Shown here: positions 34,288 to 44,765 of the stretch, piece after piece
Position numbering within the stretch: position 1 is the first letter of the stretch
How the letters are laid out: every line of letters begins with the position of its first letter
From: Mobula hypostoma
Taxonomy: Eukaryota
Direction: 5' to 3'
DNA length: 64,000 nucleotides
Assembly (NCBI RefSeq): GCF_963921235.1
Contig: NC_086097.1
Span: 197,658,001-197,722,000 of the forward strand
The notes under the pieces: model-generated
The model's input: the letters and a program-made list of their open reading frames with translations, nothing else
The model's database searches: none
What the model was told of the DNA's origin: nothing
Program-made: the position numbers and the translations under genes

Positions 34288-34587
34288 AAGTAAAGGGATC
34301 CTTTAGTCTTGCAAGATTGCGCCTGGAAAGTCTTCACTCTCCAGGGCGCAGGCCTGGGCAAGGTTGTATGGAAGACCAGCAGTTACCCATGCTGCAAGTC
34401 TCCCCTCTCCACGACACCAATGTTGTCCAAGGGAAGGGCACTAGGACCCATACAGCTTGGCACCAGTGTCATCGCAGAGCAATGTGTGATTAAGTGCCTT
34501 GCTCAAGGACACAACACGTTCCCTCGGCTGGGGCTCAAACTCATGACCTTCAGGTCGCTAGTCCAATGCCTTAACCACTTGGCCACA
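34288..34587 (-). mobile_element. Second tRNA-RTE SINE copy
   Basis: Homologous to 32921-33217; A box tggccaagtgg, B-box-like gagtttgagcc; 8-bp TSD ttcattta (34280-34287 / 34588-34595). Confidence 0.85.
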
Positions 34588-34784
34588 TTCATTTACTGTC
34601 AGTCAAAAGAACAAGGTCAGCACGAATAAATTTCTCCATTGATTATTACTACAGTTATATTGATAGTTCTCTTATTTGTTCTGTATCTTATTTAAATACA
34701 TAATCTGTTAATCAGTTAAATGGTAGTTTGCCATTTTTAGCATATATAACTATTTCCATGAAACAATGACTAATAGGGGAAGTT

Positions 34785-34970
34785 GATGTTGTCATTTAAA
34801 GTTAAATTGGATAGCTATATGGACAGGAAAGGAATGGAGGGTTATAGGCTGAGTGCAGGTAGATGGGACTAGGTGAGAGTAAGCGTTCAGCACGGACTAG
34901 AAGGGCCGAGATGGCCTGTTTCCGTGCTGTAATTGTTATATGGTTATATGATTATACCATATATGGTTAC
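34785..34970 (+). mobile_element. CR1 3' end
   Basis: FKVKLDSYMDRKGMEGY...WD*, 3' hairpin, tatatggt-type tail. Confidence 0.85.
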
Positions 34971-35639
34971 TTAATTAGGCCAACATGTACTAGTTTTGTT
35001 GTGTCCCAATTAACTGGAATCCACTGTATGTTAATATTTGCCTTACTGCTGCATAACTCCAGCAATGTACATTGAGTTCTGATCTCAATCCTGTGTAGAT
35101 TTTCATGCGAAATGAGATTCCCCTAGGTGCCCCTATTCCTCCCATATCTTAAAAGATTTACTTGTCGGTAAATTCCCAATGGTATAGATGGATAGCTGGA
35201 GCATTCAGGGAGATGATGAGCATGTAAGAAAGAATAAGTTTTTTAGCCAATTAAGTTGGGGAATAGTACTAATGGGATTCTTTTAAGAGATGATGTGGCC
35301 AAGCGACCACTTCCTCCGATGAAAATATTAGAAATAAGCTGCACGAAACTAACGATTGATTTAGTGTTAATTTCTTTCTCAAAGGAGGTATGAAGTTATC
35401 TCAATGTGGCTGATTTACAAAGCATACAGGTTGTAAACATTAAAGGTCATTTACTTGTTTCAGTAATTCAGTTACAAGTCTTTCCTGATCTCTTCAATGT
35501 ATGCAGCTTTTATTAAAATTTGCAAACTGATCTTGTGTGTTGATTCCAGTTTGGTAGTATTTGAGGTTTAGAGGCATTGCTAGTTAATTGTGCTTACTTT
35601 ACTGTCAAAAAACATCTACTTACACCTGCCAACTTATCT

Positions 35640-35900
35640 GGCGACAAGTTGGTGTAGTGGTTAGTGTCATGCTTTTGGTAAGGAGTTTGTATGTTCTCCC
35701 TGTGACCACATGTTTTCTCCCACATTCCAAAAATGTACAGGTTAGGGTAAGTACATTATGGGCATGCTATGTTGGTACCAGATGCATGTTTCATTTATGA
35801 GCTGCCCCTAGCAAACACTCAAAATTGTTTGTTAATCAAACAATGGATTTTACAGTTTGTTTTGATGTACATGCGACAAATAAGCTTAATCATTAAAAGT
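35640..35900 (+). mobile_element. V-SINE/HE1-like SINE, degenerate
   Basis: tggtgtagtggttag A-box head; ggagtttgtatgttctccctgtg...ctcccacattccaaaaatgtacaggttagg central domain. Confidence 0.65.
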
Positions 35901-38484
35901 CTCTTTAAATCTTTAAAAATCTGTTTTCTTTAAATAGTGAAGCCATGAAGGATATACATATAGTTTCTATTAACTTCCATGTGGTATATCACATCCACTA
36001 GGTCCCTTTACCAGACATATCCTCAGTGCTCCAATATGTTACTTATATTTCACAAATCCATTCCTACTCTTATAAATTCTGTTCTTCTTTTCAAGGTGTT
36101 CTTCTGTATTTCGCAGTAAATTTAAGCATTTGTCTGACTAACTAATCATTATGCTAACTAATCAGTGATTTCCTGTTTTCTTTCTCCCTCTTAAATGTTG
36201 TCACTTTTGCTGCTTTCTAATCCATAGGATTATTTCCAGAATCCATAGAATTTTGGAAGGTGATGATTGCAGCATCTGTTCTAAAGTGAACTCCTTTAAA
36301 ATTCTAGGAAGTAGATCAACATTTTCCCACTATTTATCAGTTTTCAATCCTAGCTTTGTCATTTGTGTGTCTTCTGTGAAGACAGACAGAAAGCCATTAT
36401 TTACAGTTACTCCCAGAATTCTGTGCATGCCGTGTGAATCTCAAAAGTCTTGGGTTTATTGGCAGGATTAGAAGGCTAGATTTAACAGTTCAGTGCAGAT
36501 TGGATTTGATGCAGGATCTGTGAGCCCATTTTTTTCAAGTGTAGAGCAAGATTTAAAAGCGAAAACAGATGTATTGTTTTGCTTTGCTTTACAAAATGCT
36601 TAAAGTGTATTTATTTAACTTTGTATATATTTTTCAAAGTGTAATTAAGCTATATTTTTAACAGTTAGCAAAGCCTGTCCTCAACTCTTGTCAGCCATTG
36701 ATGATATTTTTGGAAAGTGTCCCTTGGCTATACCATCCAATGTCCTCTTGCTGACTGGACTATGCTGGTAACTTTGGTATCTAGAGGTACCACAAAATAT
36801 GTTATTTGCTCCTAACCAAAGTGGAAGTATGGAGGCACTGGGACAGCAATTGCAGCAGAGGCATTAGATCAGCACAATTGGGTTTTACATGGAGTGGGTC
36901 ACCACTGTAGATTAAGTCCAACATCCCTTACTTAAGAAACTTGATGGAATTTTAAAGACTTAACCACAAACTAATCTTCTAACTGCACTGATTTTTTTTT
37001 ACTATATCTGAGTCATTGCATATTAATACATTTGTTGTCTGAAACGCTCATAATGCCAGTATTACAAAGGGAGTTTTTTTTTAAAAGACACTTTGTTCAA
37101 AAGCAGCTTTCTTGGTTGGAAATCATGCTGAGGAAAAAGTGCTGGTGTCTGGCTAGGACCAAATTGTAGACATGAGACAATCTATTTTGCCTCTTTGGCA
37201 GCTCCAGGTTATTGGTATGTTTAATCTTGTTCCATTTAACTTCAGATGAAGTGTAGCCATGTTACTTGAAAGTTTGGAGGAGAAGGGATTGGTTTTGACG
37301 AATGTAATAAAAGGAGTGAAGAATAAACTAATTTACATGATCTGCAAAATTAAGTCTTTATGAACTTTATGTTCAGTTATTAAATTTGGCACCTTCACTT
37401 TGTGTTGACTTTTTCCTCAAGGATTAAAAAACAGGATCAATACTTGTATAATAAAGAAGTACCAGTGTTTGTAGCAGTAATGTAATTCCACATTTGATTT
37501 CCATTGGCTGGATGTTGTCTTGCAATCAAAGATATGTTTCAAGGTGAAACCTTTGAGGCTCTGAAGGGACAAACGTACTTGAGGAAGAGGTAAAACCCAA
37601 AGCAAATGCTACAAATAATAACTTGTCACAGAGGACATCTCCTCTTACGCTACTATGTCCTATACATTTGTTTGTTTTTAGTATTTTTGTGGAATGTGTG
37701 CATTCCTAGCATGGACAACACTTGCTGTTCTGAATGGTAATTCAGTTTATATACAATGGTATATTGTATTAAGTAAATAGACATCTCTTAAAAACTTGAC
37801 TGGGTCAATTCCTTGTTATCTGTTAAATTACCTTTCCTGTCTGGCTTGAACTAATTAAAGTAATTTCCTTAATGAGACAGGCATTAAAAACCCACAATTC
37901 AACAATTAGTCATTATGATGCTGCATAGTTTTTCCAAAACTATCATCATAAGCCAGGAAGTAACAAGAAAGCAATGGGTTGACTCAGATTTTGAAGCCAC
38001 GATTGTTTAATTGGTTACATTGCTCAAACCATTTAGCATTTTCTCAGTATTTTATATTTATTCTGTTATGATGTAACCTCTGCAAAACTTGTTTCTGCAT
38101 GTGCTGCCTCTTCTCTTGGACTTGAAGCTAGATTTGGATTCTAAAGATGTATGCAGCTGAAGTAGACCAAGCAAAATAAAACTAAATAATTCTTTAATAG
38201 GGATTTGTTCATAACTGCCCATTTCTGCCCTGCTTACATCCAGTATTTTCCATTTTAATCTGTTATTCTGAGTTTGCTTTGAAGTAAATGTACATCAGAA
38301 GGAAAGCAATATAAGGCATGTTCTTTTTTGACTTTGTTACATTCTGTTTCCAGCACACTATCACTTTTTTCCATTCCCCAAAATGTTTCATCCTGGACAT
38401 TGCTTCTCTCAGAGATATCGAATCTTGGTGTTTTTTTGTGATCCAGAGGTTAGGAAGTTGTGAATGAGGCATAGAATTTGTTGC

Positions 38485-39275
38485 TATTATGTACCAGCAG
38501 CAATAGATTACACATGGAGTCTGGTTTTGATGTTAAAAACCACTATCTTTATTAGTAACTACTTATCATATAGTAACTTAAACAGGATAGACAGAAGTTA
38601 ATGGTGTCATGTGTGTATATATGTGTAAATAGAGCACCCAAACTATCAAGCTTGGGGGAATAAGGCTTAAATTTTTAAGATGTTAAAGTAAGAAAGTTCA
38701 GTCATCCATGTAATAAATGATGTTTGGAGAGAGATATTTGTAATCCAAGGTAAAATGTAGAGAAAAGGTAAGTACGAAGTATTCCACAGGTTCCACGTCA
38801 GGTAAACAAAGGAATAGTCGCCAAAGATCTTGTCCGTAGAATCTGTCCGTATCTACATACGAATTATCACCAAAAGTGACCTGTCACAGGAATATTGTCT
38901 TCTAGTGGTTACCACACAACGTACCCAGGCAAGGGTTGGCACAAGTGGTCCCACAGGATATCCCAAAATCCACTCCTATGGATTATACGAAGTGACAGTC
39001 ACTTATCTGTTATGCACTGAGTGATGATGATCAACCCACCCTCATGAGCATAGGAGAGTTCCAAGACTCAGCTGCGGCAAGTTGAAGCTACTGGCTTCTC
39101 CTGTCTGTCTCCCTCTCTCTCCCCCCTGTCCCCTCCCCCCTCCCCCTCCTCCCTCCCCCCTCACCCTCCCTCCCTCCACAATCAGCAGTGTCAGCCTGTG
39201 CCTAACGTCATAGTCCCGCCTCACTAAAGCGCTGTTAAAGAAACAGTCTCAGTAAAGGACCGCAGGCTCATAATA
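38485..39275 (-). mobile_element. Probable solo LTR (791 bp)
   Basis: 4-bp TSD ttgc (38481-38484 / 39276-39279); terminal inverted repeat tattatg / cataata; AATAAA on the minus strand near 38548-38553. Confidence 0.6.
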
Positions 39276-40135
39276 TTGCTTCCAGCCATTTTATTAAAGA
39301 GGACCTACTAAGAAGAGTCGAGAACAAAGAAGTAATGGTCATCCTCTGCAACAACTAGCTCTGACTGAAAAGATTCTAGTGACCCCTGCTGCACAAAAAA
39401 AACTATGAATCTCTAGAAAAATACGAAAGCTGCTGTAGTACAATTATTGGTATAATTATTGAATATATGGGTGATTTATATAAAAATACAAGTAAGCATA
39501 GAAAAGTTAAACTACAAGGAAAGTACAAGAAAAGTAACAATTCTACACCCGATAATAGTGATGTAATTAGAATGCAGGTAGTCCAAGCATTAAAAAAAAA
39601 TCTCAATAATTAGGATTTATAATGCGAATAAGAGGTATCTACCGCAGTTCTTTGACATAATTACAATTTGAATAAGTGCACATGTACATAATCCAAAGTT
39701 TAACAGTGAATAAAAGACAAGTGCAGGTAGATGAATAAAAAGAAATGAAATACAAACCTGTTCTTTCATTGTAAATTGGTTTGTTAATATTTGGCATTCA
39801 GTTTTCCCATGTCACTTATCATAAGGTCTGGCCAGGAGAGGGCATTGTGAACTGGGTTTTGAAGTTTGAATGGTCCAATTTTCAAATGAGTTTATCTGTC
39901 AGGTAAGATCTATTTGTATTTATGTCTATAGTTCTGCTTCTGCCTGCTGCAGTTGAATGGAGAAAGTAATAAATCTTTACATCAACTGCTAAGCTTTTGA
40001 CTCATTTTATAACATTTGCTTACTCTGCTAAACTTGTATCTTAGATTTTTTTCCTGATCCTTTTAATTTGCAACCCAATTGGACCAGAATCACAACTTTT
40101 AATATATTGAAAGGTTATCAAGATTGTATAATTAT

Positions 40136-40552
40136 CGAGGTTCTCTGTTGGTCAGGGTTGACCATGGATGTTGCATCCCAGGCATTTATGTGATGTGGAA
40201 ACCATAACAAAATAGAGAGCAAGCTGTGCTCATGTGGCAGGCTCCCCCTCTCTACGCAGCTGATGAATCCAAAGAAATGGCAGAGACCAATACAGTTTGG
40301 CACCAGCAGCATTGCAGGTGATGCCAGTCAGCGCTGAACTCTACGCTGAATCCCAGCCCTGGATTTTTCCTTGGGCCTTCCCCATGAGTGGGTATAGCCA
40401 CAAGGCAGCAGAGGTTTGAGATCAGAGTTTTCGTTCTCCTGGATGAGCTGCCAACCTCAGATGACAAACTGAACCCCATCTGCCCAAAGTGTCTGGTTTT
40501 AAGGCGCCAGTAACCTGCCTTTGCCCCTTCTGCTGACAGTAGAAATGGTTGT
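40136..40552 (-). mobile_element. RTE-derived non-autonomous element, second copy
   Basis: Reverse-complement homologue of 24087-24561. Confidence 0.55.
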
Positions 40553-40557
40553 TAATA

Positions 40558-41478
40558 CAGTCGGCCCTCCTTATCCGCGAGGGATTGGTTCCAGAACCCC
40601 TCGCAGATACCAAAAAACACGGGTGCTCAAGTCCCTTATTCAACCTGTCTAAATGCAGTGGACCTTAGCACCCAGCGGAACCCCGGACCTTATTTAACAT
40701 GTCTCAGTGCGGTGGACATTAAGACCCGGCAGTGGAGCTCTGAATCCGCAGTGTTTCTGTTGACGAAAAAAAATCACGATCGTGATTTAAAATAAAGTGG
40801 AAATAAAGCGATCGGAAAGAGGTGAAACGCCATCGGTCATTGGAAAAGTGTTAGGCTACAGTCGGTCAATGATCGGAACAATTTAAAAGGATAAAGTGAG
40901 AAAAGCCATGCCCCGATTAAAGCTACAATTATTTTTTAAGCAACGCAGTGTTTAATTATTGGGTTTTGGGGTTTTGGGTTTTTGATCCTTCACATCAACC
41001 CGGCTGGGATGGAGAGTGCTCGGGAGCGGTCTATCACTGGATCGAACTCGGGAATTTCCGTTCACAAGCCCAGCGCCGAAACATACATTTCTTAAGTGTT
41101 TTATATGTGTAGAAAGGTAAAATATACACTATATACTAAGACAAATGTTTGACTAACTGACACTAAATAATACCAGATGTACCTGTTCTGACTTACTTGG
41201 TAAGATAACTTCAGTTTTTTTTTCTGATCCCAAACCACGATAACCTACGTACATCCTCCCGTATACTTTAAATCATCTCTAAATTACTTATAATACTTAA
41301 TACGATGTAAATGCTATGTAAATTAGTTGTTATACTGCATTGTTCAGGAAATAATGACAAGAAAAAAATGTCTGTACATGTTTGAACAACAAGTGCTGGA
41401 AGAGCACTTCAGGGTTTTCTCGATTCGCGGTTGGTTGAATTTGCGCATGCAGAACTCGCGGATAAGGAGGGCCGACTG
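40558..41478 (+). mobile_element. Tigger-family non-autonomous transposon, MER2-like
   Basis: Perfect 24-bp TIR cagtcggccctccttatccgcgag with TA on both sides; HTH remnant NKVEIKRSERGETPSVIGKVLGYSRSMIGTI*KDK. Confidence 0.92.
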
Positions 41479-42149
41479 TACCACTCCTGGCTATAATAAC
41501 CTTAAGGAACCAGATAATTAATTGAATAATACATCAATTATATTATGATGGAATCACCAATCAAAAAACTGAATGAATTACAAAATCCAATGCAAGTTTC
41601 TCAACCCTTCTATGAGAGAAGTGATAACAAACTTTTTGTATCATTTAAAAATAGGTTAAACTATGTGGACCAAGTCCTCCTACCCAGAAAGAATTCTCCT
41701 CCCTATTGCCCAGCTTCTACATATCGGTCAAGACTGTAAATGAAACATGTAAAATATTAATTCAACTAATGGAAATACTCTTAAATAATTCTACTTAAAT
41801 ACTCCTAATTTTTTTTTCTTATTGCCCCCTAAAATAAATTTTATTATGACTCTTTCAGTCACCCATATCTGACTTAAGGCGGTACTGTTGCATTAGGACA
41901 AGAACTATTAGGATGGGAAACAACTTCTTCCCCCAGACTCTAAGACTACAGAACTCCCTGTGACCACCCAGGTCTCATCACTCATGAAGCACTGATAGAG
42001 TTATACTGTTTACTTTTTAACTTGTTTCATAAATGCACCTTATTATTTGTTAATTCATTTGTGGTAATACTGCTTTATGTTGTGTGTGTGAGTTATATGT
42101 ACCGTGTTGTACCTTGGTCCAGAGGAATGTCGTTTCGTTTGGCTGCATA

Positions 42150-43746
42150 CAGTGGCATGCAAAAGTTTGGGCACTCCTGGTCAATATTTCTGTTACTGTG
42201 AATAGCTAAGCGAGTAAAAGATGACCTGATTTCCAAAAGCCATGAAGTTAAAGATGACACATTTCTTTAATATTTTAAGCAAGATTACTTTTTTATTTCC
42301 ATCTTTTACAGTTTCAAGATAACAAAAAAGGAAAAGGGCCTGAAGCAAAAGTTTGGGCACCCTGCTTGGCAGTACTTAGTAACACCCCCTTTGGCAAGTA
42401 TCACAGCTTGTAAACACTTTCTGTAGCCAGCTGATGAGTCTTTCAATTCATGTTTAGGGGATTTTCACCCATTCTTCCCTGCAAAAGGCTTCTAGTTCTG
42501 TGAGATTCTTGGGCTGTCTTGCATGCACTGCTCTTTTGAGGTCTATCCATAGATTCTCGATGATGTTTAGGTCTGGGGACTGTGAGGGCCATGGCAAAAC
42601 CTTCAGCGTGCGCCTTTTGAGGTAGTCCATTGTGGATTTTCAGATGTGTTTAGGATCATTATCCTGTTGTAGAAGCCATCCTCTTCTCATCTTCAGCTTT
42701 TTTTACAGACGGTGTGATGTTTGCTTCCAGAATTTGCTGGTATTTAATTGAATTCATTCTTCCCTTGCCACTGGCTGCAATACAAGTCCATAGCATGATC
42801 GATCCACCCCCATGCTTAACAGTTGGAGAGGTGTTCTTTTCATGAAATTCTGCACCCTTTTTTCTCCAAACATACCTTTGCTTATTGGGGCCAGAAATTT
42901 CTATTTTAACTTCATCAGCCCACAGGACTTGTTTCCAAAGTGCATCAGGCTTGTTTAGATGTTCCTTTGCAAACCTCTGATGCTGAATTTTGTGGTGAGG
43001 ATGTAGGAAAGATTTTTTTCTGATGATTCTTCCATGAAGGTCATATTTGTGCAGGTGTTGCTGCACAGTAGAACAGTGCACTACCACTCCAGAGTCTGCT
43101 AAATCTTCCTGTAGGTCTTTTGCAGTCAAACGGGAGTTTTGATTTGCCTTTCTAGCAATCCTACGAGCAGTTCTCTCGGAAAGTTTTCTTGGTCTTCCAG
43201 ACCTCAACTTGACCTCCACCATTCCTGTTATCTGCCATTTCTTAATTACATTATGAACTGAGGAAACGGCTACCTGAAAATGCTTTGATATCTTCTTATA
43301 GCCTTCTCCTGTTTTGTGAGTATCATTTATTTTAATTTTCAGAGTGCCAGGCAGCTGTTTAGAGGAGCCCATGGCTGCTGATTGTTGGGACAAGGTTTGA
43401 GGGGTCAGGGTATTTATAAAGCTTTGAAATTTGCATCATCTGGCATTTCCTAACAATGACTGTGAACAAACCATAGCCCTAACAAGCTAATTAAGGTCTG
43501 AGACCTTGCTAAAAGTTATCTGAGAGCTCAAATCTCTTGGGATGCCCAAACTTTTGCATGACGCTCCTTTCCTTTTTTTCCACTCTAAAATTGTACAAAA
43601 CAAAAATAATACACTAATCTTGCTTAACATGTTGAAAGGAATGTTTCATCTTTAGCTTTATGACTTTTGGTTCATCTTCTATTCACTTAACTATTCACAG
43701 TAACAGAAATTTTGACCAGGGGTGCCCAAACTTTTGCGTGCCACTG
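42150..43746 (-). mobile_element. Tc1-like transposon with long IR/DR-type inverted repeats
   Basis: TA|cagtggcatgcaaaagtttgggcac ... gtgcccaaacttttgcgtgccactg|TA; inner repeats near 42345-42362 and 43539-43560. Confidence 0.95.
42370..43372 (-). pseudogene. DD34E Tc1 transposase, inactivated
   Basis: GEGYKKIS, RSGRPRK, VLWADE, TVKHGGGSIMLW; after a frameshift QQDNDPKHI*...[12 protein letters not shown], with 34 codons between D and E. Confidence 0.92.
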
Positions 43747-44127
43747 TACATTTGTATGGTTGAATGACAATAAATTGAACTTGAACTTGAAAGTAAACAT
43801 GAAGTGAATGACTTCAGATGAACAAAGATTTGTGTTTGGCTTGATGTACACAACTTTAATACCCGACCCTTCAATCCCATGCACAGATTAGGGAGTTGAT
43901 GTTGGTGAGATCCTGAGCAAATTCTGATCAATTTTTATGGCTGAATATCATCTAATTTATGTGACAAGATGCTGAGCAGCTGAACAGCTTTTCATTCTTC
44001 TTTTACTTCACAACATAATTGTTGAAAATATTGCAACTAAATGACAAATTTATATCTATAAGAAACTAAAAAATTAAATCATATTTTGTGATGCTGTTAT
44101 TCCACTATTTGAAATGTTATATTCTTT

Positions 44128-44492
44128 GTATGGCTGGCTTTAATATTAATATTCTTTGCAGCTGTGGGATTTAATATTGTATATCCACTATCCTCAGCTG
44201 AAGTTATTTCTTGTGTTACATATACATTGACGTTAGCGATTCCAATGCGATAATGAGTTCTACTACCTCCATACCGCATCCCTGTAAAGAAATGCTTGAA
44301 CTGAGAGACTTCTCAGTATGGCTGGCTTTAATATTAATATTCTTTGCAGCTGTGGGATTTAATATTGTATATCCACTATCCTCAGCTGAAGTTATTTCTT
44401 GTGTTACATATACATTGACGTTAGTGATTCCAATGCTATAATGAGTTCTACTACCTCCATACCGCATCCCTGTAAAGAAATGCTTGAACTGA
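44128..44492. repeat. Recent tandem duplication: 177-bp units (44128-44304, 44316-44492) with an 11-bp junction insert
   Basis: Units differ at 2 positions by eye; junction ctgaga-gact-tctcag. Confidence 0.95.
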
Positions 44493-44765
44493 AAGAAGCA
44501 GAACAAGTAAGGAAATAAATAAAATGAGATGTATAGATAGTGTCAGTATATTCGTCAAGTGGAAATCATAATGGAATATTTATAAAGTAGAGAAAAACGG
44601 ATATGCAAACAAATGGATATAAACAGAAGGAGCATGGACAAGAATCGAAAATAAAATAGGCAGAGACATAATTGCATTTCTACTATTTTGTTTATTTGAC
44701 AAGTAATAGGAGATTATTTAATTTGCTTTTCACAGTTAAAAGTATACTTATTATGAAAGTTTGTA

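Larger units (their letters stand above)
33945..35026 (+). mobile_element. pogo/Tigger (TIGD4/6-like) deleted element, right end only; hosts a SINE and a CR1 3' end
   Basis: VILVTDSWREISSKAIQNCFIHCGF...EFESIDDHL...EDLEDAVV; terminal gtcccaattaactggaatccactg|TA. Confidence 0.65.
41870..43790 (+). mobile_element. Rex1-type LINE 3' fragment split by the Tc1 element
   Basis: IRTRTIRMGNNFFPQTLRL; tail aataaattgaacttgaacttga after 43768. Confidence 0.65.
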
